Assembly (NCBI GenBank): GCA_000442015.1
Contig: KE561071.1
Location: 1-64,000, forward strand
DNA length: 64,000 bases
DNA from: Rozella allomycis CSF55
Lineage: Eukaryota
Direction of reading: 5' to 3'
Shown here: piece after piece, positions 33,654-46,313 of the stretch
Layout: each line of letters opens with the position of its first letter
Position numbering within the stretch: the stretch's first letter is position 1
Position numbers and translations under genes: made by a program
Notes under the pieces: model-generated
Seen by the model: the letters and a program-made list of their open reading frames with translations, nothing else
Database searches by the model: none
What the model was told of the DNA's origin: nothing

Positions 33654-34096
33654 CTCACCAACTAGTTCATATTTTCCTTCAAATAAAGTTTGCCATTCTT
33701 TGGCGGTCTTTTTTTGTGACTCTGACAGTTCTTCGGCTTCATCTTTATTAATCTCAACTTTATTATTGGCAAGTCCATATGTTGCATCTTTTCCCGCAAA
33801 AACACCATAAGGAGCCCCAGGTCCGTAAAATTGACTTCCTGACGTGACGTCAAAAACGAGTCCGTTGACAGCCAAGTAAATTTTGTTCTCCGTCTCTTCA
33901 TTCAACCCATTATATTTTGCAAGAGTTTCTTTTGTGATCTTTTTCATAATTCGATTTTCGTTTGGTTTATCATGTCCTTTCTTCCAGTAGCCAGTCAGCA
34001 GCAAAATTGTTAAAACTATCAAATTTTAAAGAGTTATTTACATGCTAAAAAAATTGAAACTAATATTTCCCCAGTCCAATCGCCAGAATGAAACAT
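33642..34096 (-). CDS. DAP1: Membrane-associated cytochrome b5/progesterone receptor (Dap1/PGRMC-like)
   Basis: N-terminal TM across one intron, then LAKYNG, IYLAVNGLVFDVT..FYGPGAPYGVFAGKDAT and KY..VG. Confidence 0.85.
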
Positions 34097-34152
34097 GCGA
34101 AATTAAAAAATTATGACGACAAATTTCGGAAATCCTCTGTTTACAAAACAAA

Positions 34153-35768
34153 ATGCTTGGAGGGATTTCAAAGACATCGTCAAATCGGCAAAGGACAAGG
34201 GATGAGAGTATAAGAAAGCAGGCGGAATTTTCACTCTCAAAGAAAAAGAATCTCAAAAGTCCATCCAAAATTATCCCCTTAAAGCATTTTCAATTAATAA
34301 TGTCAGATCCTGTTTCTCCTGGATTGACAGTCTCTGATGTGGCCCAAGTTATGACTGCAAGAAGAGTTGATGCGGTGACTGTGATGAACAAAGAAGGCAA
34401 CTTGGTTGGCATTTTAACAGACAATGATTTAACAAGGTAATTTATTCAATTATAAAACCATTTAGACGTGTTATTGCAGAAAAAGGAGACTTATCTGTTT
34501 TAAAGGTTAAGGATGTAATGACAACTTCCCCAATTTTTGTTGATCATGACACACATGTTACTGATGCTCTTAACGAGATGATAACTGGTCAATTTAGGCA
34601 CCTGCCTGTTTTGAAACATGGAAAACCTATAGGGTTTTTAGATATTACGAGGTGCGTTTTGGGAAGCTTAGACAAGCTTGGCGGTTTAATCCAAAGTTCA
34701 ACGCTTGATAGCGTGATAAAGACACCTCCATTGTTTCTGCCTTTAAAAACGACTGTCTACGAAGCTTCGAGGGTAAAATTGTATTTCTTCATTTTTAGGC
34801 AATGAAAAGAGACAACCAAACGTCAGTACTAGCTATTGATGACCAAGGAAACGTGAAAGGAATTTTTACTACTAAAGACATCGTTTTACGTGTTCTTGCC
34901 GCAAAGCTTGATCCTAATACAACTTCTTTAGTCAGAGTTGTGACACCAAACCCACAAACAGTGCCCCAAAACATGACTGTTGTTGATGCACTGCGTTTCA
35001 TGAATGGTAATTATAATACGCCCAAAGTGTAAAGAAAATAACTTTTATCATTTACCTATGGTCAATGATTCAGGAAAGGTTGTTTTTGTCGCCGATATAC
35101 TACAACTTTCATACTACCTCGCCAATCAGGTAATTTTTAGTTTTGAGCTTCATTAGATTCGCTCAACCCAAAATTCTAACGGCTTCTGGAATATTAATGG
35201 AAACGACTCATTTGCAGAAAGTGAATCAAATTATTCGTACCTGGATGAAAATATAATCAAATTAAATGAAGACAGTGATTTTTTCACGTCTCCTATCAAA
35301 AAGCCTGTGGAATCAGATAATGAGACACTAGCTTCAAATTCCTTTATTCAAGATGAATTAGTAAATAGTTTCACATTTCGGCTTGAATCATGCATCGGGG
35401 AATCAATACTTCGCTTTTCAGGGTACAATTTAATTCACGATTTGGATAGAAACAACTTTGACGAGTTCAAAAAACAAATTTATGATGTTTTAAACTTGTC
35501 TCGCCATTCACAAATTCTTATATCTCACTCTAATGGCATGGTAATATTGTCAGACCAAGATCTCGAATTTGCAAAAAGTATTGCGACACAGAAAGGTCAG
35601 CATTCAATTTCACTGAAAATAACTGAATGCAAAAGAAAAAAATCGTCGATTTCATTTGTTACTGCTACTGCCTCAGCGGCGGCCTTTGTTGGAATTGCTG
35701 GTGCGGCACTCATATATCTTATTAAAACAAAACCTGACACATTTTTTGGCCTGTGGAATAAAGATTAG
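34153..35768 (+). CDS. CBS-domain protein with PB1-like domain and C-terminal TM (Mug70-like)
   Basis: Four CBS repeats (GILTDNDL, FRHLPV, GIFTTKDIVLRV, FYHLP), PB1-like ILSDQDL and a hydrophobic C-terminus. Confidence 0.85.
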
Positions 35769-35795
35769 AACCTATTAGAATTTTATTTTATATTT

Positions 35796-37088
35796 TTAAT
35801 TAAATGCGTCGTTAATATCACCAGTTTGGTCGGTTATCGGTTTCGTTAATCTTTGAGGTCGCCCTCTACGCATGTTTGAGGGTATTTCTATAGATCTTAC
35901 CTCACCTTGAAAATCAACTTGTTTTAAGTTTCCTTCCTTTTCATAATTAGACTCGTTATGATGGAGAAGAGTCAGAGGGGAAGTCAGTTCGAAAGACTAT
36001 TTCGGTTTTCTAAAGGAATTACTAAAGGGTTAAGCGAATTTTGAGAATTGTTGAGTTGACATATCACATCATGAACTTGGAAAATATTTGGTCGCAGTAA
36101 CGGATCTTTCAAAAATATCCAATCTTCTCAAGCCATTATCTTGGAATTACCTAAGAGCTGCACATACTCCACAGGATACTCATGCAATTTTTCCCTTGGC
36201 CAATTACTGTTTGCAGCGCCTAGAGTTGTTGAAAAGGGTAATTGGAAAGTTGTGACGTAAAAAATTAAAACACCAAACGCCTTTATAACATTATTTAGAA
36301 CATATTACCCAGATATCTACTTTTTCAGTAATAGGATGTCTTCTGTATAAATCTACTATTTCTGGGGCCCTGTATGCTGGGGTTGTTTGTGTGTTCAATT
36401 GATCTTGTAAGTTTTTAACATTCTGGATATGAATATTCTCAATCCTCTCAGTCAGGCAACTCCCGAAATCACATATTTTTAACTTTCCAGTATGATCTAT
36501 CAATATGTTCTCTGCCTAAAAATTATGAGATCAGAAAGTACTTTTATATCGCAATGTATGATTCTAAACTTCTTGTCGTGCAAACATGAAATACATTCAG
36601 AAATCTGTTTAGATATACGTATGATTGTGTTGAATTCAAATTTTTCATTTATTTTCTCCCGCTGTTGAAGTGTGTCCAAGAGGGAGCCATCTAGGATTAA
36701 GGTGAGAAACTAATTGTTTTACTTGAACAATGCTCCATAAGGATATATGCGTACTTACTCTTTACAGTATCAATTTCAAAGCCCAAAAGATTTACAATTC
36801 TACCAGATGCATTAAGGGCTTCCTAAAGATGTATTTTTTCATTCTATTACCATTATTTGAATTTCTTTCCGTGCTATATCAGATTTTGAGCTGTCATGCA
36901 TTGGTGAAACTTTTAAGACTACTGTATCATTGCTATCATTAAACTTTCCCAAGTATATATGGGAGAAACCACCTAGTGTCAACGAGAAAGGCAATAATAC
37001 CCTGAGCAATATGTTTTACTATTAATAAAGATCTTGATTGAACAACTATGTTTTGTTGAACAGCGAATGGTCCATTGTTTACATTCAT
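35796..37088 (-). CDS. NAK-family Ser/Thr kinase (Ark1/Prk1/AAK1-like)
   Basis: IAQG|GFS, HCDIK|AEN, ICDFGS, TTPAYRAPEIVDLY, KVDIW; tail contains MRRGRP. Confidence 0.85.
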
Positions 37089-37217
37089 TTGTAATTTATA
37101 GAGACCGACAATTTCAGACATGAAATATATTCTCATTAAATGTAGAAATGTTAATTTACAAAGAAAAAATTTATTATGCTGTAATTTCATTTACAGTACG
37201 AGATTGGATAATATCCT

Positions 37218-38827
37218 TTACTGAATTTTCGCATTTTTCTTTTCCGGTGGTATCAATAGACCCTAAAATTAGTATATCCTACAAAAGAATTTTAATAAAA
37301 TAGGGAAGAAAAACGAAGTTGCAAAATTCATACTCTTTACCTGATCAGAAGTTAATTTGGTATCGGCAGGGAGAGGCGGTGCCAACTCACCGTCAACTTT
37401 AGCATCTGCCGCACCTTCAGGTCCATTTAATGACATTTCAGATTTTGTTGCCTGAGACAAATGCGCTTGAATCATGTTAGGATTTTCTTCTCTTAATTTT
37501 TCAAGTTTTTCAGCTTCTTTCAAAATTTCTAACATGGCTTCTGCAGTCTTTGATTTCTTCCCATTTGTTGCATTTGTACAGAATGGAGTGAATTTGTCTT
37601 CAATTATCTGCATCTCTTTAGAAAGTTTGGTTTCGCCTGGTTTATATTGTCGCTTCTTTGCCTTCAATGGGTTGTCTTCCAGAAGAAGTTCTTCTAACTC
37701 ATACGTAGCATCGAAATTGGCCCTTTTTTGCTATAATAAGACAATTATAATTAATACATCAGGAATGAAAGGCGCTGTCAACTCCTTCTTAACGAGCAGG
37801 TCCCAATCAAGATCCTGAAACCAAGGATGGGCTTTGATTTCTTCAAAGCCTGCTCCACGACAACCTAATCTCTCAACAGGATTTCTAATGAGCAACTTTT
37901 TGCTTTAAAATATTATTATTACATTCTTTATAAAATCTATACATTCTCCTGACAAATCAGGTGTTGGCTCTGGAAAATGTGGATTATCTTCACAGATGCT
38001 TTGTATAAGAGCATCATTAGTCTTCCCTCTAAAGGGGCGCTTTCCAAAAACACATTCAAATAGGAGAACCTTTTAAGGATTGTCTGAATGTTTACCCCCA
38101 AGCTCCACCAATCAACTGTTTGTAAATAACCTTTCTTTTCCAAAATTTCAGGAGCCATGTATGCCATGGTTCCAGCGACTGATTTTAACAGTTTATCGTC
38201 AGTTGGAAGATATACAGCAATATTGAAATCGGTTATGTGTACATGTCCTTAAAACAAACCTCTCATTGGATTACCATTTTCATCAAGCAAAAGATTATCT
38301 GGCTTCAAATCACTATGATTCAACATACGTTTTTTTACCGATGTACGACTTTATTGGAATGAAGATACCGGATGGCTTCAGATATTTCGGCTGCATAAAA
38401 TCGCACTTGTTTTTCGGGGAGATTAAATTGACGATCCAGGTGATATCTTAAATCTCCTCCAAGCATGAGGTCAATAACCATGAACATATTTTCATCATCT
38501 TGAAACGCATATCTCATATTCACTATGAAAGGATGCTCCAAGTTTTCAAGCAATATCCTTTCTTGGATAATATTATCAACCGCTTTCATTTTAATGCATT
38601 TTTCTTTATTGATGTATTTTAGGGCATACATCTTCTTATCATCTTTCTTTTGAATAATACGGACCTATTCATATTAGCTATTTATGTATCATACTTTGCC
38701 AAAAGCACCTTTACCAACGGACCTTAATAAATGAAAGTGCATTAAATCCACTAGATTATTTGACTAATCTTAACCTACCATCTCCATCTAAGGATACTTC
38801 CTCTTCTTTACAACAAGATAAACCCAT
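37218..38827 (-). CDS. AGC kinase, YANK/STK32 family
   Basis: MGLSCC start (myristoylation/palmitoylation-like), VGKGAFGK, ALKYINK, LGGDLRYH, TDFNIA, NFDATYELEELLLEDNPL. The 3' end is inferred through a ~78-nt intron. Confidence 0.9.
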
Positions 38828-39041
38828 ATATCCTATAAAATACTTAGTATTTCGTTACGTGAGTATGTATTTTGGTTGAAGAAAGCTCACAACCGGTTGC
38901 CAAGGTGTTTACCTAACAATTAACAAACGAATAATAAAATTCTTCATTTTTTAAATTATGTGATTAAAATAAATTGTTCTTCGGTATATTTTAAAAAATA
39001 TTTTTATGATGAATTGCGAATTTTCCAACTTCCTTTATTAA

Positions 39042-39601
39042 ATGACAAATTTGGTTATCCATCAAGATTTCGCATACGTAAGTTAACTGGGATTAATAAA
39101 TAAGTGTATTTTAGCATCATCGACAATGGCATTACAGGTCTTGTTTGCAGGGATGCCCATTGGGAAGTTACGAAAGCAATTGAAAGTTGATGTAAGAGAC
39201 TTTAAATCTTCATATCAAGTACCCTGATATGGGATCGGGGCGTTATGCTGCAAAACTGAACCACAATGATTGGGAAAAATTCAACAACTATCAAAGAGCA
39301 CATCAAAATTATGTCGAGGTATCGATGAAAGGAAAAAGTAAATACAGGGGATAGCAAGTGCGATCTCGCTTGAATTATTGTCTGGAATCTTCTATCCTCG
39401 TTATTCTGCTTTCTTGGGACTGGCTTACATTATAGGAAGAGAAGTCTATGCTATGGGATATAGAAAAAGAGGTATGAAAGCAAAAGATTCGATAAAGGAC
39501 CCAAAGGAAGGATGGCTGGGGCATTAATTGTTGATGTTAGTTTAGTAATGTTATTTGGAGGTGCCGTTTATGGCTCCTTGAAAAGTCTTGGATTTTTCTG
39601 A
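39042..39601 (+). CDS. MAPEG-family microsomal glutathione S-transferase (MGST3-like)
   Basis: Five exons giving YPDMGSGRY, FNNYQRAHQNYVE and GREVYAMGY..|GPKGR; absent from the ORF track. Confidence 0.9.
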
Positions 39602-39621
39602 AGCCAGTTAATCCGTTTTTA

Positions 39622-40424
39622 TTAAACTCTCCAGGCTATAATTTGTTTTTACATTAATATGACTTCTTTTATCAAATGGCAAGATTAGTTCCTTTGCATG
39701 TAACATCATCCTTTCTCTCTGCCCTCCCCCAGTTTCGTATATATAATCGCCCACTATCATTTAAAACAACATTAATTTACAAATTGGATGACCTAAAGAT
39801 TTCATCGTTAGTCTAAGTTGATGTTGTCTACCAGTTTTCGGGTACAATCTTACAAATGAAACTTCGCGATTATTTCCATCTATGAAGATGTGGCCGTGGT
39901 TAACAAATTCAACTAATGTTTCACAACGCTAAACAATATATTTTGTTATCATGTACCTTTGATTCTGGAGTTTCTTCCTCGACAACTTTCATCGCAATTG
40001 GATGATTTTCATCTCTTGCAATTTTAATGCAAACATGGTTTTCGGTAAAGCCAACATGGCCTACTACGATTGCTTCATAAACTTTCAACACTGATCTCCT
40101 CTCAAACAATTTAGAAGCATATCGAGCAGCCTTTTTATGCAATGCTATGCAAATGGCCCCTGAAGTGGCGTGATCTAGTTGATGAACTAAATACACTTTC
40201 TCATTTATTAGATATGGAAATGCTCTTCGCATAATATCTGCCAAATTCGGGTTGTTTAAGTGATCTGACTCGCTAGCTTTTGAATTTAAGTCTATTTTAA
40301 GATCGTATAGTTTGTCAACTACAATATAATCTTCGTCTTTATATAAAATATCCATCTGTCTCTCTTTATCATCATCTACTTTAATTATAATCCTGTCTTG
40401 TTCTTTTTTCACAGTGTAACACAT
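39622..40424 (-). CDS. RluA/RPUSD-family pseudouridine synthase
   Basis: ILYKDEDYIVVDK, VHQLDHATSG (catalytic Asp), KVYEAIV, PKTGRQHQLR and RMMLHA. Confidence 0.88.
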
Positions 40425-40456
40425 TACGAAAAATCTTAAATTCTTAATCTGAATCA

Positions 40457-41192
40457 ATGGCAGAATCTGATTCATGTAGTCAGCTGAATATGCTTAATGT
40501 ATTAAATATTTCCTGAAAAATTGTTTTAGATTCCAATTCAGTACATTAATCCTCCGAGAGAAGGTATGAAGCTGTTAGTGCTAGATTTGGATTACACTTT
40601 ATACGATTGTAAACACGGTACAGGGGATCCAAAGAATGGCTTAAGACCAGGCGTTCATTTATTTTTGGTAAATTTAGCACTAGAATGTTAAAGAGCAATA
40701 TTTACAGTTGTTACGATATATGCATATGGAGCCAAACTAGGTATTGTATACTTTACGCCAAGCTAAAAGAATTTGGAATTTTACAATCAGATAATTTTAA
40801 AATATTATTTATTTTAAATAAGGAGCATATGCTTGAGAGAACGACCTTTGACGAAAATCAACTGTTAATTAAGTATCAAATAAAACCATTACAGTTAATA
40901 TGGAACAACACTCATTTTTCCAAAGAAAATACTTTGCATGTGGATGATTTACAACGGAATTTTGAATTAAATCCCAATAATGTAATTCACAATTTGGTAT
41001 TTGTTTTTGGGAATAAAAGTTAAACCATACAAGATTACCGCGAATAAAGTAGACGTAGAATTATTATTGCTAGAAATCTATCTAAAAAGAATGGCTAAAT
41101 TATCAAACGTTTCTCTTGAAACCCACCACGTAACTTTATGAATTGCCCAAGTTAAGAACTGGAAAAAAATTGCACGGAATTATATTGAATAA
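40457..41192 (+). CDS. FCP1/NIF-type HAD phosphatase, UBLCP1-like catalytic domain
   Basis: NPPREGMKLLVLDLDYTL, LRPGVHLFL, ICIWSQT, KPLQLIW and HVDDLQRNFELNP. Confidence 0.85.
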
Positions 41193-41214
41193 ATCTATCC
41201 TATTGAATATCTCT

Positions 41215-42525
41215 TTATTTTTTCCTTCCTACGGTTGTCAAAAAAGTAAGTCGGGCTTGGATTGTTTTGAATTCTTCGGAAGTCAAAAACTTTGCCATCG
41301 AGTCGGTCATCATCATGAAGAAAACATGCTTTTGCATGTTATCGAAAATAGACTCATCAACATTTCCAGAATCCAATAATTGCTTGACTCTTCTTTTTTC
41401 ATTATCTTCCACGTTTAATTCATCGTTTTCAAGAAACGTATTCCAAATTTCTCTGGCTTCAGATACTATTTGTGGACTTCCTTTGCTTTTTACAGCAGAA
41501 AATGTGAAATCTTTTACTTTCAAATAGAAATCAAGGTTTTCAGTGCATAATAATTTTTGAAGGCATTTGCTAAATGCTGCTAAAGATTGTTTGTCATCCA
41601 AAATAATTAACAATAGCTGCTTTTTTGTAAATGAATGAGAAACGCTATTTTGTCGAACAGCTTGACTAGATTCAATTTCTCTGTTCTTTTCAATGCTCTG
41701 GGGGTCTGCCGAATCATTTAACGGTTCTGTACCTTCCTCCTGTATCATATCACCAAACATATGCCTTAATCCACTTATTGGTAGACGGTATATATCATTA
41801 TTATTGTCATTAAATCCAGCATTATCATTTAAACTTTTTAGGAAAGCTCTTTGCAGCAAAACTTCAGAAAGAGCTAAAGCTTGATTTCTATTAACACAAG
41901 TCGTGTTATACATAAGCCAATCTACAATATCACACCCACGTGCAGTGCTTGTTACATTTCTCAGCTTGTGTAATCTCTCCTTTACATTTAGGCAAAGACC
42001 GGTATCGAATTGTGCGTTCATGTGTTTTGAGCTGGTTGTTAATGTGATTTCAGGTAACAGAGCAAGGCGATTTATCATTTGTCCATACGTTTCTGCGCAG
42101 AGCGGGTTTGTTTCGTTAAAGTTTTCGACAAGAAGTATGCTAAATTGGGTTTTCAATAAGTCCGTAAAATCTTCTTCATCTACTTCTTTTGGGTTCCCGT
42201 AAATATCCAGAGTTTCAACATCACCTTTGAGTGATTCAACGCCATTTACAAGGATGGTGCACTTAAGAGACAATGAAAATATTGAATCGTCACTTATTTT
42301 TCTACTATTTTTTGCACTAAAAATCCATTTTGCTTCTATCAGAGGCTTCAGATATTGGTCAAGAACCTGTTCGTCTAATGAAAATTTGTTCTTGTAAAAG
42401 GCCTTCAGTTTTTTATATTCAAAAGAAAAATGATACTTTTTAAAGAAACTCTTGATTGTCACAGGTGGGGTTTCCTTTAAGAATAATTGGAAGCAATCAA
42501 ATGTGTTTACGGGATTATTGGTCAT
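41215..42525 (-). CDS. DEP + RGS domain regulator of G-protein signalling (Sst2/FlbA-like)
   Basis: DEP GCDIVDWLM...ALALSEVLLQ..F.DNNNDIY; RGS FSKCLQKLLCTENLDFY...ELNV...MMTDSMAKFLTS. Confidence 0.88.
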   Translation of the reverse strand: MTNNPVNTFDCFQLFLKETPPVTIKSFFKKYHFSFEYKKLKAFYKNKFSLDEQVLDQYLKPLIEAKWIFSAKNSRKISDDSIFSLSLKCTILVNGVESLKGDVETLDIYGNPKEVDEEDFTDLLKTQFSILLVENFNETNPLCAETYGQMINRLALLPEITLTTSSKHMNAQFDTGLCLNVKERLHKLRNVTSTARGCDIVDWLMYNTTCVNRNQALALSEVLLQRAFLKSLNDNAGFNDNNNDIYRLPISGLRHMFGDMIQEEGTEPLNDSADPQSIEKNREIESSQAVRQNSVSHSFTKKQLLLIILDDKQSLAAFSKCLQKLLCTENLDFYLKVKDFTFSAVKSKGSPQIVSEAREIWNTFLENDELNVEDNEKRRVKQLLDSGNVDESIFDNMQKHVFFMMMTDSMAKFLTSEEFKTIQARLTFLTTVGRKK

Positions 42526-42568
42526 TCCTTGGATACCATTGATAAATGATTTTTAAAATGAAATTTTA

Positions 42569-44784
42569 TTATTTGATAGTGCTTTCTTTAGTTTTATTGT
42601 TCAATCTTGAAATTCGTCGATCTTTACCCCGTGGATACACTCTGGCCCTAGCTGATAGGAAAGGGTATTCTTTACATGACACTTGATGCAACACTGACAT
42701 TGTTTACAAACGCTGCAGAAATCGCAACGATAGACTTCACAATGAAGTTTGACAAAAAGAAAGGAGGCATGAAAAACGCAAAGCATCCTAATGCGATAAT
42801 CAAGAACGACATTATATACGACTAAAAATCACTGTAAGACAATAAAATTACTCTGATATTCACATAACTGGATTCGTTAAATGCGTTATTTTGAACAACA
42901 ATATGGCGGCACTTGAAGGAATAGAAAATTGCGGAACACACGACAATAAACTTTAAATTTGATATTTAACTCCTTACATTATAAAAGATTAAACATGCGA
43001 TCACTGGAGTGACAGATGTATTGTATGTACACTTATGCTCCCAATTAGGCCCAGATGAAACAGCTTCAATGGAAGGATTAGATATAGCAGAGAAACATGT
43101 TAGAAATGCCTATGAATCTATAAACAGAAAGTTACTATGTCAACAAAGAGCGCCAGAATAAATGGTTTCACCGCTTCCCTGTTTGTAATCATGCTCTTCT
43201 TTTGCATAGAAGTGTTAGTAAATATTCGATGCATGCGAAGACTTTTTTACTAGTTCTTATATTTTACTTTCGAAGAAGCATTATTGTGAACGTTCCCACG
43301 ACAGCCAATGAAGGTAGCCAATATTTCGCATGACACTTTTGTACATTCACTTTATCAATATCACTATATATCGATATGTAGGCCAATATACAAAATAAAG
43401 TTTCCTTTTTGTTAATATAATTGAAGCATTACTGCAATATTAAACTGCCAGCCAGAGTATCTCATACTTGGGATTGATCTTTTCAGTAATATAAAAAGGC
43501 ACAATAACGTGCTAAATATTATACCGACTGAGGAAAAGGCTATCATGACTTTTGCGGGAGTAGAATCATATGAAATATAGTCAAAAGATATAACTTTCGA
43601 GCAGTCGGAGCCCTCAAACCCATCATAGCATTTACAGGTGCTGAAAAAGCAACTTCCAGAGCCACTGCAACTATTTGGGCAAGCTAATAAATTGAAAGCA
43701 TTCTTTTACTTCTAAACCAAACCCAACTTTGCCAAACATCTGTATTATTTTTCAACCAATCACATGCAACATCATAAGCTTCTTTACCACCAAACACCTT
43801 TTCTGCCATCAAGTTGTTGATATCATCTAAAGTTAACGAAAAGGCTCTGAAAAGCCAATACAATTCTTTGTTATAGTCGTTCAATCCAGCCCAGATTAAT
43901 TTTTGAATAACAACAGTGTTAAAATCACAATTTTGTGTAGCCCCTTCAGGATTACAGTAATCCTTATTATAAACTGGTAAGGCTACTCGCTCCAGTTTCA
44001 AATCAGTGTTGTTTAGATATTTCCACTTTACAAGATTTGGATGTGGAGTCCAAAGACTAATTATCGCAGATGAATTAATTGCAATTAAATCTTGAAGTAC
44101 TTCAAATTGTCTTGTTTCACTTCCCGCACTTTGTCTCTCCACATATAGACCCATTCTTGAGGCGAACGAAGGTATGGGGTCACCACCGTACGAGGGTAGT
44201 ACAACAATCACGAATCCTTTTCCATTAGTTGGCACCCAGTTGGCTACTGGGGCAGATGAAAGAGGTGTACGTATCTGTGCTATTTGCGTGTTAGTGAGAG
44301 ATATTGGAGCCACGAGAGCAGGATCCACAAGTCCGTGATATGAAGCCAATCCGGGATATTCACGAACAGTTTTTTCTGGGATATAGATACCTGCCTGTGA
44401 TATGTAACCTAAAGGACCGGCCACTTCAATTGTTCTGTCTGATATTCCTTTGGCCAGCTTTTGTTTTCTATTATCTGTAGTAACCCAAACCTCTTTAAAA
44501 TTAATTCGAGTATGTATTACCCAGAGAAGCGTGTATGCTTCCGATGAGAGCAAATCCCAGTTGTAAACATCGGTTGAAATTGGCGAGTATTCTACTTTGT
44601 AGCCAAGATGGTCTTCCAACAAGATTCTCACAATTTCATTTTCAATTATTCCGGCATCCCAGTCGTATTGATCGAGAACCACTGGTTTAAATTGGTTTGC
44701 AAATAGGTTTGTCTTTTTAGGTAGACAATTCAATTTGACGACTTGAACAAAGAATACGAATAATATCGTTAAAACCTGGTACAT
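42569..44784 (-). CDS. Class C (GABA-B-like) GPCR with ProX/OpuAC-like periplasmic-binding ectodomain and EGF module
   Basis: Signal peptide; PBP motifs ILLEDHLGYKVE, WTPH and VACDWLKNN..VWQSW; EGF CPNSCSGSGSC...CKCYDGFEGSDCS; spliced 7TM with RMHRIF and AFNES. Confidence 0.82.
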
Positions 44785-44987
44785 GAGAGATTTGATGTTT
44801 TTCTTTCCGTAGCGAAGATGAAACTGATGTCAGTAAATAGATTTAATTTAAGCCGGTTTCTCTGATTACATCTCTAAAGACATATGCATTTATTATATTA
44901 AATATTTCACTCGATTTTAGAGTGTAATCAATCAAATTGAAAGATGTCACATGTGGCTTAATTCTGATTCTATCATCGGACTTTGGA

Positions 44988-46313
44988 ATGTTTTACAAAC
45001 TAAACAAAAAATCAATGCACCATTTCAAAACTTACAAATACCAGTCAGTGGACAAGTCAATTTTATCCAAGTACGTCCTACAACCATATTGGAACAAACT
45101 TGTGAACATTTTCCCATTGACTGTCGCGTAATTAAATTCGTTTAAAGGAACAGTCCCAATACTATAACTTTAATTGGATTCCTCTGTGTTGTTTGGAACA
45201 CCCTATTACTAATTTATTTCTCTGATAATCTAAAGAGGACTTGCCCTTTATGGGTATATATTTCTTTTTCTGTGGGAATTTGGACCTATGCATCATTTGA
45301 TGCCATTGATGGGAAGCAAGCGAGGCGGACAGGAATGTCTGGTCCATTAGGTGAATTATTTGATCATGGTATTAATTATTAATGTTAATTTTGAGGATGT
45401 GATGCTCTGAACACGTCAGTAAATTGTGAGACTCTGTAACAAAGTTAATTGTGTTGCAAACTATATCAGCCCTTTCACTAGTGCCCAGTCACATGTGCAC
45501 TATTCTCCATTTGTCGAGTAAAACATGAATTGATTGAAAATAGCAATGTTTGGATTCTATATGACTACATGGGAGGAATTCCATACGGGGACATTGTATT
45601 TGGGACATATTTCAGGTATTTAACTCTTTTGAAAGTAGCAAGGCCCTGTGGAAGGTCTTACTGTTTTGACTATTATTTATTTAATCAGTGGGATATTTGG
45701 TATTAATTAAATGTTTGCAATAAAGGACCCGAATTTTGGACAGTCGGAAGAATTTGGGGCATTCGAGCTGGGCATGTAGTTCTCGGGATAACCATAGTTA
45801 TGATACTGATGTCATGTATAACAAGGTAAAAATATATGTTGAAATAGAGAGTATTTTGAATGTAAAGTCCTATTACAAAACTGAGCCGCAAAAGTATATA
45901 GAATCCTTGAAGGGATTAATTGGATGTTTAATTTTAATTTCTATTAATTATTTTTCTTTTAGTGTAAGGAATGAATACAGTGTTGAAAACTTTATATGGC
46001 TTCAATTGGCTGTGGGGTTTATTTTCTGTCAATTTGTTGTAAGAGATACTTTAAGGCTTTAAAGGGGCGAATTATTTTATCGCATTGTTTGAAAGAAGAG
46101 TTTCCCATAAAATGGAATGATGGATTGTTGATTGCCTATCTAATTTCAAATGCGATACTTTTAGTCGTTGAAGTGGATGAAAGATTTGGGTATTTTCTAT
46201 TTTTGATTTATGGGGTTGAATATTTTGTGTTTGCAGTGAGCGTGATTAATGAGATTTGCGAATATTTAAAAATTGAGTGTTTTAAAGTGAAACTGAATAA
46301 AGATAAAGAATGA
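44988..46313 (+). CDS. EPT1: Choline/ethanolamine phosphotransferase (CDP-alcohol phosphotransferase)
   Basis: YKYQSVDKS, A|PNTITL, DAIDGKQARRTGMSGPLGELFDHG|CD, TWEEFHTG and GPVEG. Confidence 0.93.

Noticed and set aside
42525-42640. Single GPCR-DEP-RGS fusion protein
   Set aside because: The last GPCR exon ends in TAA followed by AATAAA, and I found no typical-size intron that bridges in frame, so they are treated as two genes.
44491-44520. Possible non-canonical GT-AA intron in the GPCR ectodomain
   Set aside because: A canonical in-frame 30-nt GT-AG intron, or no intron at all, explains the sequence.
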